Virus record (IMG/VR): IMGVR_UViG_3300046170_000277
Coordinates: 1-59,242 of that record
From: a virus
Lineage: Duplodnaviria; Caudoviricetes
Direction: 5' to 3' (one strand)
Length of the DNA stretch: 59,242 bases
The number at the start of each line of letters is the position of its first letter. Position 1 is the stretch's first letter. This document shows positions 27,092-39,814 of this stretch, one piece after another. Made by a program: the position numbers and the translations under genes. Below the pieces are notes generated by a model that saw only the letters and a list, made by a program, of their open reading frames with translations, did not search any database and was not told the origin of the DNA.

Positions 27092-27304
27092 ATGGGCATG
27101 ATTAGCTTTCGGGATGTTGACACGAAAAAGCCCATTCGGCCCCAGAGTGAGCCTATTCAAAAACAGACCACTGCTGCTGTGTCCAGTCAGACTCCTGCAG
27201 TAGAAGCAAAGCCTATTGAAGACAAAGCTGAAGAGAAGCCAGCACCACGTCAACGTGGGGGTAAAACTTCATTTGCAGCACCAGAAAAGGATAGCAGCAA
27301 GTGA
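27092..27304 (+). CDS. Small low-complexity protein after the capsid gene
   Basis: Starts 2 bp after the capsid stop; MGMISFR N-terminus. Confidence 0.55.
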   Translation: MGMISFRDVDTKKPIRPQSEPIQKQTTAAVSSQTPAVEAKPIEDKAEEKPAPRQRGGKTSFAAPEKDSSK

Positions 27305-27511
27305 AAAGGGTGAGCAGTGCAGATTGGTTGGTCTATCTCACCTCAGAGCCAGTGAATGGATTCACACCAAGAGCACCCAAGGCACTGCCCACTTCAATGT
27401 TGATTCTGGAAAGCATCCTTTGCATTCCCGTTCTGGTTTCTTTGATCATCTTGATTCCACCATGCTTTCTGGCAGCAATGCTGATGCGTGGTGGCATCAG
27501 TTTTCTGAAAC

Positions 27512-28021
27512 GTGTTGCCACAGATTTACGTGCATCAGATCAGAACCCTAGTTGGTGGCATTGATTCCAATAGCTACCTGGATTTTATAGAAGCAGAAGA
27601 CTACTTCAGTGCTGATGTCTATTTCCTGCCAGTGTGGAAGGGAATGGATGAAGAAGCACAGATTAGTTGGTTGCGTTTATCTGCACGAATGCTGGACAGG
27701 TTTGGAACCTACCTGGGTAATCGTCAGTACCAGGGACAAGCCCTGGAATTCCCAAGGTATCCAGTTCTTGATGAGATTCCACAAGCGATCAAACACGCAC
27801 AAGCTGAACTGCTGATTTTCCTGGTCAATAACAAGACCAGTGCTTCAGCCCTGGACACCAGGGAAGTTTCAGAAATGAGTGTGTTGAATGGCTTGTTGAA
27901 GCTTGAATACAGTGGAGCCAAAGACCATGAAGCTGAACGTGTGGGTGGTGGATCCATCAACACAGTCAGGCTGATCCTAAAAGATTGGCTTTCACCAACA
28001 GTCAGGTGGGCACGTGGCTGA
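27512..28021 (+). CDS. Head-tail adaptor (DnaT-like domain)
   Basis: SNSYL...AEDYF, QALEFPR and IPQAIKHAQAEL motifs. Confidence 0.8.
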   Translation: MLPQIYVHQIRTLVGGIDSNSYLDFIEAEDYFSADVYFLPVWKGMDEEAQISWLRLSARMLDRFGTYLGNRQYQGQALEFPRYPVLDEIPQAIKHAQAELLIFLVNNKTSASALDTREVSEMSVLNGLLKLEYSGAKDHEAERVGGGSINTVRLILKDWLSPTVRWARG

Positions 28022-28430
28022 TGTTGCAGGACTGCTGCAGAAACAGATTGGCCAGCTATTCAGTGCACAGGGTGTGGGTGGTGTTTCCCTGCAAACCACA
28101 GCCATGATTGAAATCTGTGAAGCTGGTGGATTTGATCCAGGCACAGCCAAGCCAACCACAGGCAAGTTTTTGAATTGGTCATCTGGAGAATACACAGATG
28201 ATCAGCCACCCAAGATCAGTGTGATTCCCAGGACACGCAGGAACCAGCAAGTTCCAGAAGTGACTGTGCAGGATTCCCTGGTGCTGCTGACTGAACCGAA
28301 TGACAAGATCAGCCCACAGCTTTTGATTGGAAAGAAGCTTCACTGCATGGGCAGGCAGTACAACGTCAGTGAATGTTCACCCACCTACTTTGGCGGAATG
28401 GAAGTCATCTGGGAGATTGTGTGTCAATAG
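28014..28430 (+). CDS. Probable head closure protein
   Basis: Position in the neck module; FDPGT motif. Confidence 0.55.
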   Translation: MADVAGLLQKQIGQLFSAQGVGGVSLQTTAMIEICEAGGFDPGTAKPTTGKFLNWSSGEYTDDQPPKISVIPRTRRNQQVPEVTVQDSLVLLTEPNDKISPQLLIGKKLHCMGRQYNVSECSPTYFGGMEVIWEIVCQ

Positions 28431-28873
28431 AGAATGAAAAAGCCTGGATGGAAGCACTTCAGAAAAACGTGGAAGCCATGTTCCAAAGGAAGCTGAACAT
28501 GATCAGAACTGCAGCCTTTGCAGCCTATAGGGACATCTTGGTGGAAAGCCCTGTGGACACAGGCAGATTCAGAAGCAATTGGATGATCAGTGTAGGCCAG
28601 CCAAATCTGTCCACAGTGGAAGGATCCAGCAGGCAGAAGGGCCAGTCTCTGGATGGTTCAGAGACAACCAAAGCCAATGCAGCCCTGGCAGAGTGGGGCA
28701 GTGATCTGACAAAAGGCACCATTTACATCAGCAATTCCTTGCCCTATGCAGACAAGCTGGAAAACCAGAACCACAGCAAACAGAATTCTGGGTTTGTAGC
28801 AAGGGCCAAACGGAATCTGGCCACACGTCTGAAGGCCATTGATCAAATCACCCTGGATGAAGTAGCCAGATGA
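28421..28873 (+). CDS. HK97 gp10-like neck/tail completion protein
   Basis: SPVDTGRFRSNWMIS...IYISNSLPYADKLE..HSKQ..GFV. Confidence 0.85.
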   Translation: MSIENEKAWMEALQKNVEAMFQRKLNMIRTAAFAAYRDILVESPVDTGRFRSNWMISVGQPNLSTVEGSSRQKGQSLDGSETTKANAALAEWGSDLTKGTIYISNSLPYADKLENQNHSKQNSGFVARAKRNLATRLKAIDQITLDEVAR

Positions 28874-29373
28874 GTTGGTGGGATGAAGCAGAAGCAGAAG
28901 CAGCAGAGCAAGTTCCAAATGGTCTGCAGAAGCTTGACACCAGAAGCAGTGTGGAAAATCAAGTGATGGCCAAGATAAATGATGAGTGGAGCAATCGGAC
29001 TGCCATAAACTGGTCAAGCATGAACGTGCCCTTTGATCCATCAGACAAGCGGACACAGTACCAGGACAACGAAACCATCTTGTTTCCACAGTTGAACCAT
29101 ATCAGTTCCAGGTCAGTGGAATATCCAATCACAGAATCAGCCATTGTGTCTGATTATCAGCTACGGCTGAACCTTCTCACGGTTCCCAACTCAGGCATGG
29201 GACATGTCCAAGAGCATGTGGAGCATTTGAGGAATTTGTTTGAATTGAAATCCTTCAGTTTCGGTGAAGCTGATCTGGATTTTGAAATTTTAGAAGCAAG
29301 AACGGGTTTTCTAAGTTCCACAGGTGATCATTGGGAAACACCAGTTTCAGTCTTGTTCACAGCTATCCAGTAA
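28870..29373 (+). CDS. Probable tail terminator protein
   Basis: Synteny between the gp10-like gene and the tail tube gene. Confidence 0.6.
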   Translation: MSWWDEAEAEAAEQVPNGLQKLDTRSSVENQVMAKINDEWSNRTAINWSSMNVPFDPSDKRTQYQDNETILFPQLNHISSRSVEYPITESAIVSDYQLRLNLLTVPNSGMGHVQEHVEHLRNLFELKSFSFGEADLDFEILEARTGFLSSTGDHWETPVSVLFTAIQ

Positions 29374-29382
29374 AGGGTTCCC

Positions 29383-30603
29383 ATGCCAATGAATAATAAA
29401 ACGGTTAGATCTCGCAATCGAAAACTGTTCATCACGAATGAAACTACAGCAGGTTCACCAGTGTTTCCTGGTACTCTTGATGCGTTTCTGGCTTCAGAAA
29501 TTGCTAGCTTCAGCCAGGAAACAGAAACAGCCACAGTGAATGAATACACAGACCAGCTTTTGGCCAAAACAGAAGTGGTGACTGGCTTTGGGTACGCCAA
29601 CCCAACCATGACCATCCACCCAAGATTTGGAACCAATGTGGGTGATCTTCCTGCAGAAGCCATCCTGCTGAAAAACTTTTTTGGAAAAGAAGATCAGACT
29701 GTAGGCACAAGCGTCAAATATACCTGGGAAGACCATGATGACACCCTTTGTGCGTGGCATCAGATCACAGATGTGATTCAGCAAGTAGCTTGCGGAATGG
29801 TGGTCAGTGAACTGAATTTCAGCATTGGGAAAAAAGACCTGCTGGCTTATGAATTCACGCTGATGTCCAACCAGATCCAGAACAATTCACAATGTGAAAT
29901 TCCTGCAGGTACTGCTTCCATTCCTGCTGGTGCCAATGTAATGGTGGATGTGGACACACAAGCCAGCTATGTGGCCAACCCTGGAACCAAGTTTGATGTG
30001 TATGACCTGACAGACACCAAGGTGGATTCAGATGTGGAAGTGGTCAGTGTCAGTGGAACGCAGATCGAATTCCTGTCCACTGGTACTCAGTATGATGCTG
30101 GCTTTGTATTGAAGCCAACCCTTCCTGCTGGAACCTATAGCACACAACAGCCTTTTGCACCTACCAAGGCCAGTGTCTATCTAGGGCCAGCCAATGAAAC
30201 CCTGATAAATCTGAAGGTTCCTGCCAACGCATTCCTGACCAGGGAAATCAGTGTCAGCATGAACAAGAATCTGCAGACACCCACAGAAGATGAATTGAAT
30301 GGTTCACTCTATGGTGGCGCAAGCTACGAAATAGATGAACCCAACATAGAAATCAGCAGCACGCTGAACATGAAGCCAGGAACAGGCAGACTGCAGGAGC
30401 AAGCAAAGGTGGACATGCTGAGAAGCATAGCCATTGAAATCCCATACTTAACCAGAAGCATGGTGATGTATCTGCCAGAAGTGTTCATGACAGTTTCTGA
30501 TGGTGGTGACAATGCTGGCGCAATGCAGCAATCTGTCAGTTTTCGGAATCACAGATCAAATGCTGCTAATGATGCAGGCAGATTTGAGCTTTGGTTCTAT
30601 TGA
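29383..30603 (+). CDS. Major tail (tube) protein
   Basis: Synteny; N-terminal ETTAG and GMVVSELNFSI; no sheath gene present. Confidence 0.75.
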   Translation: MPMNNKTVRSRNRKLFITNETTAGSPVFPGTLDAFLASEIASFSQETETATVNEYTDQLLAKTEVVTGFGYANPTMTIHPRFGTNVGDLPAEAILLKNFFGKEDQTVGTSVKYTWEDHDDTLCAWHQITDVIQQVACGMVVSELNFSIGKKDLLAYEFTLMSNQIQNNSQCEIPAGTASIPAGANVMVDVDTQASYVANPGTKFDVYDLTDTKVDSDVEVVSVSGTQIEFLSTGTQYDAGFVLKPTLPAGTYSTQQPFAPTKASVYLGPANETLINLKVPANAFLTREISVSMNKNLQTPTEDELNGSLYGGASYEIDEPNIEISSTLNMKPGTGRLQEQAKVDMLRSIAIEIPYLTRSMVMYLPEVFMTVSDGGDNAGAMQQSVSFRNHRSNAANDAGRFELWFY

Positions 30604-30629
30604 GCAAACGCAAGCGTAAAAGAGGACAA

Positions 30630-31462
30630 ATGGGGCAAGCAAATGACTTTTCATTCATGTCAGTCAGCACTGGTTCTTTCAGTGCTGAATTTCGTGGAAT
30701 TGAGTTCACCTATCGGGTGCCAACTGCTGAAGAAGAAGATGAATTCACCAGCATCCAGTTCAGACAGGTCACAGAAGGCAGATCACTGGCAGACACCCTG
30801 GCAGGCAGCAAAGCAAAATCAGCAGAGAAGAAGCAGGAAAAGGTGATTCCATTTTCCAAGCTTCCACTGAAACGATTCCAGGCACTGTGCACAGGCTGGA
30901 CACCCAACTTCCAGGTGAATGGAACAGATCTGCCTTTTTCACCTGAGAATGTGCAGACGATCATTGAAGATTTGCCAAAGCTTGCACAGCAAGTGGATTC
31001 CGTTGTCTGGGCAAAGTACACAGAAGCCCTTGAAGAAGAAGAGGGAAATTAACGAAATGGCTTCAATCTGAAACTGGAAAGCTTCAATTCCTGGGGGAAT
31101 CTGAAGCGCATGGAATCACGATTGAGCCAGCCACACCCTGTTTGAAGGGTTGGTGTTGCCTGGATGAAGACAACCTGTGGGAATTGCAGGAGCAAGAACC
31201 ACCATGTCATGTCTGCCCACGCAAAGATTTTCAGCTAACACGTGCCAATGAAAGGCTGGTCAGAGTTTGGCGAATGCTTGACCTGACTGGCAGAGACAGG
31301 ATGTGGGAAGCTGGTTTCTTGCGTGAAGAAGCCATTGACAGGGCTTTGACCAGATACCGCATCAACTCACCACAGATGTATGAACGTCTGCTTTACATGG
31401 ATGTTTTCTTTGTAGAGTTTAGGCAGGAAAACAAGCCAAAGGAGGCAAAGAAGAACCAATGA
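30630..31462 (+). CDS. Tail assembly chaperone G (30630-31052) and G-T via a programmed -1 frameshift
   Basis: Slippery heptamer G GGA AAT at 31043-31049 just before TAA; the -1 frame is open to 31462; lies between tail tube and tape measure. Confidence 0.85.
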
Positions 31463-31603
31463 TTATTTGCTTCCACCTTCCACAAGCTGAAGCCACTCAG
31501 AATCCACGTCAGTGGGTTTCCATCCAGGGTGGCTCCACTTCATCATTTCCAAACAAAAACGGCACTGGCAACGCTCTGAAGCGTTCAGTGGATTGGTGTG
31601 CTC

Positions 31604-34600
31604 ATGGCTGAAGAAGTCTTACAGTTAGGTATTGACCTAGAAAAGATCATTCGAGAAATGAAGCAGTTGGAGGATCGTTTTGCCAAGCAGTTCCCCAAAG
31701 CTATAGATGAAGCTGAAAAAAGCCTGGATGACTTTGAAAAGGAAATGAAGAAGTCCACCAGGGATGGCCAGAAGCAATTCGACAAACTAGGCAGAGCAGC
31801 CAAGAAATTTGGTGATGATTCAGAAGATGCTTTTGAAGATGCCAGCACAGGTGCCAGGAAGTTTGGGAAGCAGTTGGACAGGCTTTCTAAGGATGTAAAG
31901 AGGATCACAAGTGGGATCCAGACAATGGCCCAGAAGACTGCCATGCTAGGCAAAGGGCTGACCAGCTTGAAAGCAATTGCTGGAGGTGTGGCTGCAGCCT
32001 GGGGGATCAAAGAATTTGTGATGTTTGGGGCCACGTATGAAAGAAGCATTGGAAAACTGAGAGCAGTTTCTGGAGCACTTCCAGATGAAATGCTGATCCT
32101 GAGAAAAGCAGTCAGGGAAACTGGAGCCACCACAGAATTCACAGCCAGCCAAGCAGCAGAAGCAGCAGCAAACTTGGCCGCAATGGGAATGCCTGCCAAG
32201 GAAGTAGCCGGAAACTTGAAGCTGATGGTGGCTGCATCCCAGGCACTGCAAGCACCCATTGAAGACGTTTCCAGAATCATCAAGCAGCAGCAAAACGTTT
32301 TTGGTCTTTCCACAGCAAAAATAGCCAACACCCTGACTGGAGCCTACACAACCAGTGCTGCCAGTGTTGAGAAGTTGGACGTAGCTTTGCGTCTAGGCTG
32401 GTAGTGCTGCCAAGAATGCTGGACTCACCTTTGATGAAACTATCGGAACCCTTTCATATTTCATAGATCGTGGACTGACTGCAGAGCGTGCTGGTACTGC
32501 TTTGCGTGGTGTCATGGCCAGACTGATCAAGCCCACCAAGATGGCCCAGGAACAGATGGAAGCCCTGGGGTTCAGCTTTGATGACATCAAGGACAAGAAA
32601 TTCAACGATCAGATGAAGAAGATTGCTCAAGGGCTGCAGCAAGTTGGCTCTGAGACAGAACGCAATCGAATTCTGATGAATCTGTTTGATGTGGAAACTG
32701 CTGGTGCTGCTGGAACGCTGATCAGAGGGTTCTTGGAAGGCAAGGAAGTGGTCAGTGAAATGGCTGAACAGGTAGGGCAATGCCACCACAGCAATGAAGA
32801 CTGCAGATGAAATTGCCAATGATCTTCTGGGCAAAATCAGAGGATTGGGCAGTGCACTGCAGGACAGGGTTTTGGAAGCTTTCCAGATGTTGGAGCCACT
32901 GCTGAACAGGGTAGTCAGCAAGGTGACTGAAATGGTCAGAAGTCTGACTGATGAAGACATGGCCAACATGATGGAAACGGTGGTGGGTGGTCTGCTGGTG
33001 GGTGCAGAAACCTTCTACAATCTGATAGTGGGTGCCATCAACAGCATTAGTGCCTTAATCAATTCTGATCAACTGAGAAAGCTTGGACAGCTAGGCGAAA
33101 CACTGATGAAGGCAGTGGTTGGGCCATCAGCACAAGACCAGAAAACAGAACTGCAAGGCAGAGCCAATCATCTTTATGGGGAAATCAAAAAGCTGGAAGA
33201 AGAACGTGCAGCAGCCAAGGCTGATGATTCCCTGACAGGTCAAGCATCTGAACTGCTGCTAGGTTCTGGTAAAGACAGCTACCTGGATAGTCTGAAGAAG
33301 GAACTGGCAGAGATCGAAAAGGTTCTGGACAACCTGGAGAAAAAGACAGGCAAGGCATTCAAAGCACCAAAGCTGGCTGAAGCCCTGGGTCTTTCCACCA
33401 ACTGGAAAGAAGATCTGATGGCAGACATCAGAACCCACATGGGCAAGCGTGCCAAGCAGAAGGGCATGAACGTAGAAGATGCCAGCAACAAGGCACCAGA
33501 CCAAGTCAATGTGGATTATGGTGATGAAAGTGGCCTGGAACTAGACAGATCCAAGACAGCAAAGCAGAGGGCAAAAGAGAAGCTTGGTGATCTAGGTGGT
33601 GAAGATGGAATCCAAGTTCCAAAGCACCTGGAAGCAATGATTCCAAACCTGGAGCACTTCCAAAGCCTTGCTGAAGATACGCAGAAGACCATTCTGGAAG
33701 CCATGCAGACCAGCCTGGAACTTACAGAAATGCAGAACTTTCAAGCTGGACAGGCTGCTGGTGCTGCTGCACTGATGGCTGAATCTGGAAGGATCCAGGC
33801 AGAGCAGTTGATCAAGCCTGCACTGATGCAGCAGGCACTGACTGAAAACTTGGAGCGCATTGGCGAAATTTACAAGGATTCAGAAGACAATGTGGAAACC
33901 CTGGTGGAACTGCAGAAGGTCAGGGTGGATCTGGAAAACCAATTCGGTGCAGCAGTCAAAGCTGGCCAGGGTGATCACGCCAGGAACTTAGACCAGCAAC
34001 TGAAGATGGTGGAAGGTGCATTGGCAGGCAGTCAGAAAATGGTTCTGTCTGAATCCCAAGCAGCCATCTTGACACAGAACAGGGTTAGCCAGATGGAAAC
34101 CCTAATGAATCTGATGGAAGACATCAATGCCATCAACGCAGATGATGGGAAAAATGCTGATCAGAACTATCTGAAAATAGCAGAAGCTTCAGCAGCCCTG
34201 GCAGATCTGGAATCCAAGGAACAAGGAACCATTACAGCAGAAAGAAGGGCACAGCTAGACGCAATCTGGAAAGCCCTTGGACACACTGAACAGATGGTGG
34301 TTGAAGCTGAAAAAGCTGCACAGATCAACATTGGTGAGCAGTGGGGCAAAGACATCAAAGCTTCCCTGGGGATTCTGGGTGACATGATGGACAACCCTGC
34401 AGGCTTCCAAGAACTTGGATCAGATCTGGCCCAGGGTGCCAAAGATGCCTACAAAGCGTTTAATGATGCGCCAGAAGGGGAAGGTGTGGGTGCTGCTGGT
34501 GCAGCAATTTCTGGAGCAATGGAAGCCAAGGCTGGTGGGCCAAAGGCAATGGCAGCAAATGCCATCATGAAGCTGATCCAGAGGCTAGAAGTATTTGGCG

Positions 34601-37600
34601 AAAGCCTTGAACTGACGTTAGGCAACAGCATCAAGATGTTGAATGCCATTTTCTCACCCATCACCAATGCACTGAAGGAAATCAACAAAGCCCTGGAACC
34701 AGTGTGGCAGGCACTTGGTGAGCTTTCCCAGGTCATCTTTGACGCATTCACACCCATCAAGCCACTGGTGGCAGTCATCAAAGGCTTTGCCAAAATCTTT
34801 ACCAGTGTGTTCAAAGGACTAGCCAGTGGATTGAAGCCACTTACACACGCAATGGATCAATTGACCAGAATCATTGAAAGCATTTTTGGTGGCTTTGGTG
34901 GTGGATCCTTTGGCCGGAATATCGAAGACCTGGAAAGTGCTTTGGAAACTGTTCGTGATGCTCTGGCAGACATGCGATTTGGAGACATGAACCCAGCAGA
35001 TGCTGTGACCAAACTGAATGATGCTACGAAAGAATATGAAGAACTAAGAAAGAAAGCGTTCAGTGATGGAGCATCAGAAGAAGACATCAGCAAGTTCACT
35101 GAATTTGCCAACACGTACCTGGGACTTTCTCAGGAAGTGAACAAGTCATCCAGCCAGTATGTGAAAGACTTTGAGAAAGTGAAGAAGGATCTGACAGGAC
35201 TGGAAGGCAAGCTGGTCAATGCCATTGATGGTGCTGATGAATTGGATGGAATTGGCAGTTTTATTGACCAACTTCTAAAAGGCTTGTTTGGTTTTGTTGA
35301 AAAGATAGCAGAAGCCATTGTGGCAGCAGTGGGCAAGCTACTAGAAGGCGCAATCAACCTGCTGGCCTATATTGCCAAAGCGATCATCGACAAGGTCAAA
35401 GAAGCACTGCAAGGTGCCTGGGATTTACTCACACAGATTGCCCAGGCCATCTGGGATGCAGTCGTAAAAGCATTGCAGGGTGTTTGGAATCTACTCACAC
35501 AGCTTGCCCAGGCTGTTTGGGATGTGATTGTTCAAGCCCTGCAAGGTGCCTGGAACCTGTTGACGAAATTGGCCCAACTGGTTTGGGATGTGATTGTTCA
35601 AGCATTTGAAGGAACCTACAACGCTCTGAAGCCACTATGGGACAAGATCTGGGGTGTGGTGGAAGCAGGATTCACTGGTGTCTATGATGCACTGAAAGCC
35701 TTGTGGGACATCATTTGGGGTGTTGTGGAGCGTACCCTGGGTGGTGCCTATGATGCCTTGAAAGCTTTATGGGACAAGATCTGGGGTGTTGTGGAAGATG
35801 GCTTTGGTGGTGCCTATGATGCGCTGAAAGCCCTGTGGGACAAGATCTGGGCTGTGGTAGAAGCAGGCTTGACTGGATACCACAACGCTTTGACAGAACT
35901 CTGGCGGATCATTTGGAATGTAATTCAAGAAGGACTCAAAGGTACTGTGAACCTGTTGCAGCCTTTGCTTGATGTGGTCAAGGATGTTTTTGAACGTGGA
36001 TTCAGTGGCACTGTGAACTTCCTGGGTGAGCTACTGAAACAAGTGGCTGGTGCACTTGAACGTGGCTTTGGTGGTGCTGTGGATTTCCTTGGTGAATTAT
36101 TTCAGCAGATAGTCAAAGCACTGCAGAATGGATTTGATCAAGCCTTCAACTTTGTAGATGCACTGACCAAAGAAGTGGTGAAAGCACTTCAGAAGGGTTT
36201 TGACCAAGCTTGGGACTTCACGGTTCAACTCATCACAGAAGTAGGCAAAGCACTAGCCAGTGGGTTCAATCAAGCCTGGAACTTTGTTGAATTACTGATG
36301 ACTGAACTTGGCAAAGCCCTGACTGCTGGCTTTGACCAAGTTTGGAACTTTACAAAAGAACTGTTGAAGGCAGTGGGCAAGGCATTGGCTGAAGGCTTTG
36401 ACCAAGCCTGGAACTTCCTGGTGGATTTAACAAAGGAAGTGGTGGCAGCACTTGCACGTGGTTTTGGTGGTGCTGTTGACTTCCTGAGTAATCTACTGAG
36501 TGAAGTGGTTGGAGCACTTCAACGTGGTTTCCAGGGCACCAAAAACTTCCTGACACAACTTTGGAATGAAGTGGTGGCAGCACTTCAGCGTGGTTTTCAA
36601 GGCACTGTTGACTTTTTGGGCAGACTGATCAGTGAAGGGCTGAATGCCATCACACGTGGCTTCCAAGGGCCAATTGACTTCATTGGAACTTTGTTCAGTC
36701 AGGGTGTGGCTGCTATTACCAGAGCACTGTCTGGCCCTGTCAGCTTCCTGCAAACCATGATCACAGGTGTGACAGACTTTATCCAAAAAGGGCTTTCTGG
36801 AGTGTTTGATTTCTCCCAGATGGTCATTGACAAGATTGGATCCATGCTGCAGGGAGGAAAGAACCTTTTGCAGTTGATTCTGGACAAGATCATGACTGCC
36901 CTTGGATTGAAGGGCAACAGTGGCAAATTCCCAATCCTTCCCAACCCACTGAAGTTCCTTGGTGGGCCAGATAACTTCCTTGAATTATCCTACAGCTTTG
37001 GAAAGGGTGGTTCTACTGGCATCATGGATGGTTCGTACACAGATGGTGGAATGGCAAAAGGGCCAAGCCACCAGGGTGGAATCATGGGTGTCACCAAGTC
37101 AGGTGCACCCTTCCTGTTTGAAGGTGGTGAATTCATTCTGAACAAGAAAGCTTCCCAGGCAATTGGGCCAGAACTTCTGGGCCAACTGAACAGGATTCAG
37201 AGCAGAAACGAAACAGATGTGTTTCTGAAGAACATGGGGATCATGGCAGATGGTGGGTTCCCAGATGCAAACAAGCCAATCAAGTCTGACAAATGGAAAC
37301 ACGATTTTGGAGGCCCACAAGATGGCCACTTCAGATTCCAAACTGGTGGAAATGCTGATGGCTATTTGGATCTGCTTCATCTGAACAATCCACTCAGTGA
37401 TTTCTCTGGCCCAGAATACTGGTACGCCAGAATGAAAGCTGATCTTGCACAAGGGGATCTGCGTTTTGAGCAAAATTTGATTCCCACAGACTTGTTCCAG
37501 TATGGTGCTGGTGGCTTGGTTGGTGGTGGTAGACTTCCAGAGTTTGGTTTTGGTGGAAGCCTTGGTGGGATCATTGATCGTGTCAAGGATGTTGTAGATA

Positions 37601-38616
37601 ACACAGTTGGCAGAGGTGGTGCTGGTGGTGTGGTTCACAAAGCCCTTGATCCAGTACAGAAACTTCTGCGCCAGTTGGCAGGCTTTGACAGACCAAAATC
37701 TGGAGGGTTTACAGAGCATGGCCCAGACACAAGAACACAGCAGGAAAAAGAAGGCTATGGTCATTGGGGTATTCCTTGGGAACCTGGGGTTCCAAAAGGT
37801 GGAACCTTAAACGATCCAGGGAAAACCAAATTTCCAGATTACACATCTGGCCACAGCTTTACCAAGGGAATGGAAATTGGCTTCAAAGGTGGTCTTGGTG
37901 ACCATGATTGGTTTTATGATCTGATCAAACTAGACAATCCTTTCTTTGAGTGGGTTGAAGGGATCACTGGCTATGTGGACAAGTCAGTGAAAACCATCAT
38001 TGGCTATTTGCCTTGGCCCTTGAATAGCGTTGCAGAATGGGGATACAAGACAATTTCTGATCCTGTCTATGGTCTGGTGAGGGACATGGTTGGGCCAGAA
38101 GATTTGAAGCTTGGCATCAAGGGCAAGATGCTGGACTTCTGGAATAGTAAGCTTTCAGCAAACTTTGGTGGTGACGTTTTGGATCAAGTTGGCTTGAACA
38201 GTTTGCCACTGCCAAAATCTATAGCTGGTGATTTCTCCAAGTATGGGATGGGTGGACTGGTCAATGGATTGCCACACAATGCTGGAGGAACCAAGGCTGA
38301 ACTGGAAGGTGGTGAATTTGTCATCAACAAGCAAGCCACCCAATCCTTGGGTGTCAACACCCTGGAATCCTTAAACGCACATGGTGGGGCCATCTTTGAC
38401 AGGCAAAGCGATCTATTGACCAGGATAGAAAAAGCCATTCTGAGTAGATCTGGAGGTTCTGGAGAGCAACCAGAAATTATTGTGAATGTTTACACAGACA
38501 TGAAAGGGGAAGCCCAGGCTGCTGTGAATAGCTTCAGAACAGAAATCAAGCAGAGAGCAGCCAGGATCCCAACTGGCAGCACGAAAGAAACCTACTTGCC
38601 AGTGAGTGTTCTATGA
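31604..38616 (+). CDS. Tape measure protein, TP901-like (~2330 aa; +1 frameshifts near 32397 and 32776)
   Basis: TTEFTASQAAEA...LAAMG and AERAGTALRGVMARL motifs, aromatic-spaced helical repeats, two C-terminal EGGEF(I/V) motifs. Confidence 0.9.
35330..36870 (+). repeat. 22-residue (66-bp) tandem repeats within the tape measure gene
   Basis: ALQGAWDLLTQIAQAIWDAVVK / ALQGVWNLLTQLAQAVWDVIVQ / GFTGVYDALKALWDIIWGVVER..., about 20 or more units. Confidence 0.85.
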
Positions 38617-39647
38617 TTTTGGCAGAAATCAAAGTTGGTGATGATTGGTATTATTGTGCTGAAACTGATTTTGAGGGTGAGCACTTTTATTGGCCATTTT
38701 TGCTGGACATGAGCACCTTGGAACTTGGGCCAATGGGCAATGGTGGGCTGATTGGTGTCAGGCTCGGAAACCTGACTTTGACCAGGGATCCACACAATAA
38801 TAAGCACCCATTTGGTGGTGAACGCTATCAGCTTCTGATGAATAGCTACAACCAATATCTGTGCAAGCTGGTGTGGTCAAAAACCTGGGAGACTATCCAT
38901 GAAGGAGCAATGGCCCTGACCAGCACGAAAGACCAGGATCTGACTTTTGCTCTCACACCACCCACCTATCAGCAGACACTGAAGCACAGCAGCATCACAG
39001 AAAAATGGAACTATGTGGAAAAGGTGATTCCAGGCACACCAGTCAAAGTCAAAACATCACTTAATCATGAATATGTAGTTGGTATGCGTGTGGTTTTCGC
39101 AGAGATGACAGGCCCAGGCATTGAACTGAACTACACACCCAATGATGACAATTGGTATGTGGTTGGATCTGTTTCTGGTGATGAGATTGGAATCTATGAC
39201 CAGGATAATCAGCCATTGCCAAGCACTGACATCACTGATGGTGATTGTGTTTTTGACAATGGTGATGCTGATCATTCCAATGATGGGATACCCAAAAACA
39301 GGATGGGCATTCCAGCCCTGGTGCCCTTCACACATGGAACGGTCTTCCACAAAACGCCAGTGATCAGACGCAGCAATACAGAAGTGGCTAACCCCAACAT
39401 GCAAGTGACCAATCCTGCAGTTCCACTGGAAGTCTATGAAGATGGTGTTCTGATCCTGTCAACAGATTCCAGCAGCCCAGAATATCCAAACAGGTATCCA
39501 ACAAACGAAGTGATTTACTTGAACAGTGGCATGGGAAGTGGCCAACTCAGCATTTGTGGCAGAAGCCGAAATGGTGGAACCCTGACTGACTTGTTCACCT
39601 ATTTTGCCACAGAACTTGGTCTTGGTATCAACACAGACAAAATCTAA
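38613..39647 (+). CDS. Tail tip/baseplate protein
   Basis: Overlaps the tape measure stop; beta-rich. Confidence 0.6.
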   Translation: MILAEIKVGDDWYYCAETDFEGEHFYWPFLLDMSTLELGPMGNGGLIGVRLGNLTLTRDPHNNKHPFGGERYQLLMNSYNQYLCKLVWSKTWETIHEGAMALTSTKDQDLTFALTPPTYQQTLKHSSITEKWNYVEKVIPGTPVKVKTSLNHEYVVGMRVVFAEMTGPGIELNYTPNDDNWYVVGSVSGDEIGIYDQDNQPLPSTDITDGDCVFDNGDADHSNDGIPKNRMGIPALVPFTHGTVFHKTPVIRRSNTEVANPNMQVTNPAVPLEVYEDGVLILSTDSSSPEYPNRYPTNEVIYLNSGMGSGQLSICGRSRNGGTLTDLFTYFATELGLGINTDKI

Positions 39648-39649
39648 TC

Positions 39650-39814
39650 ATGGCAGTAGAAGTCAGCAACAAAATCTTCAACTACAACGCAACAGAGCCA
39701 TCACCCTACGAAATTGCAGAAAATGTTGAAGTAGAAGTTGAAGAAAACTTTGAATTGGAAATCACCATCACTGCAGCATCCACCAGTGAAGATGAACTGA
39801 GGCTGATGCTGTGA
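39650..39814 (+). CDS. Small acidic protein (54 aa)
   Basis: MAVEVSNKIFNYNATEPSPYEIAENVEVE... fills the gap exactly. Confidence 0.5.
   Translation: MAVEVSNKIFNYNATEPSPYEIAENVEVEVEENFELEITITAASTSEDELRLML

Noticed and set aside
27301-27564. Overlapping opposite-strand ORFs between the capsid and adaptor genes
   Set aside because: I cannot decide which, if either, is real from sequence alone.
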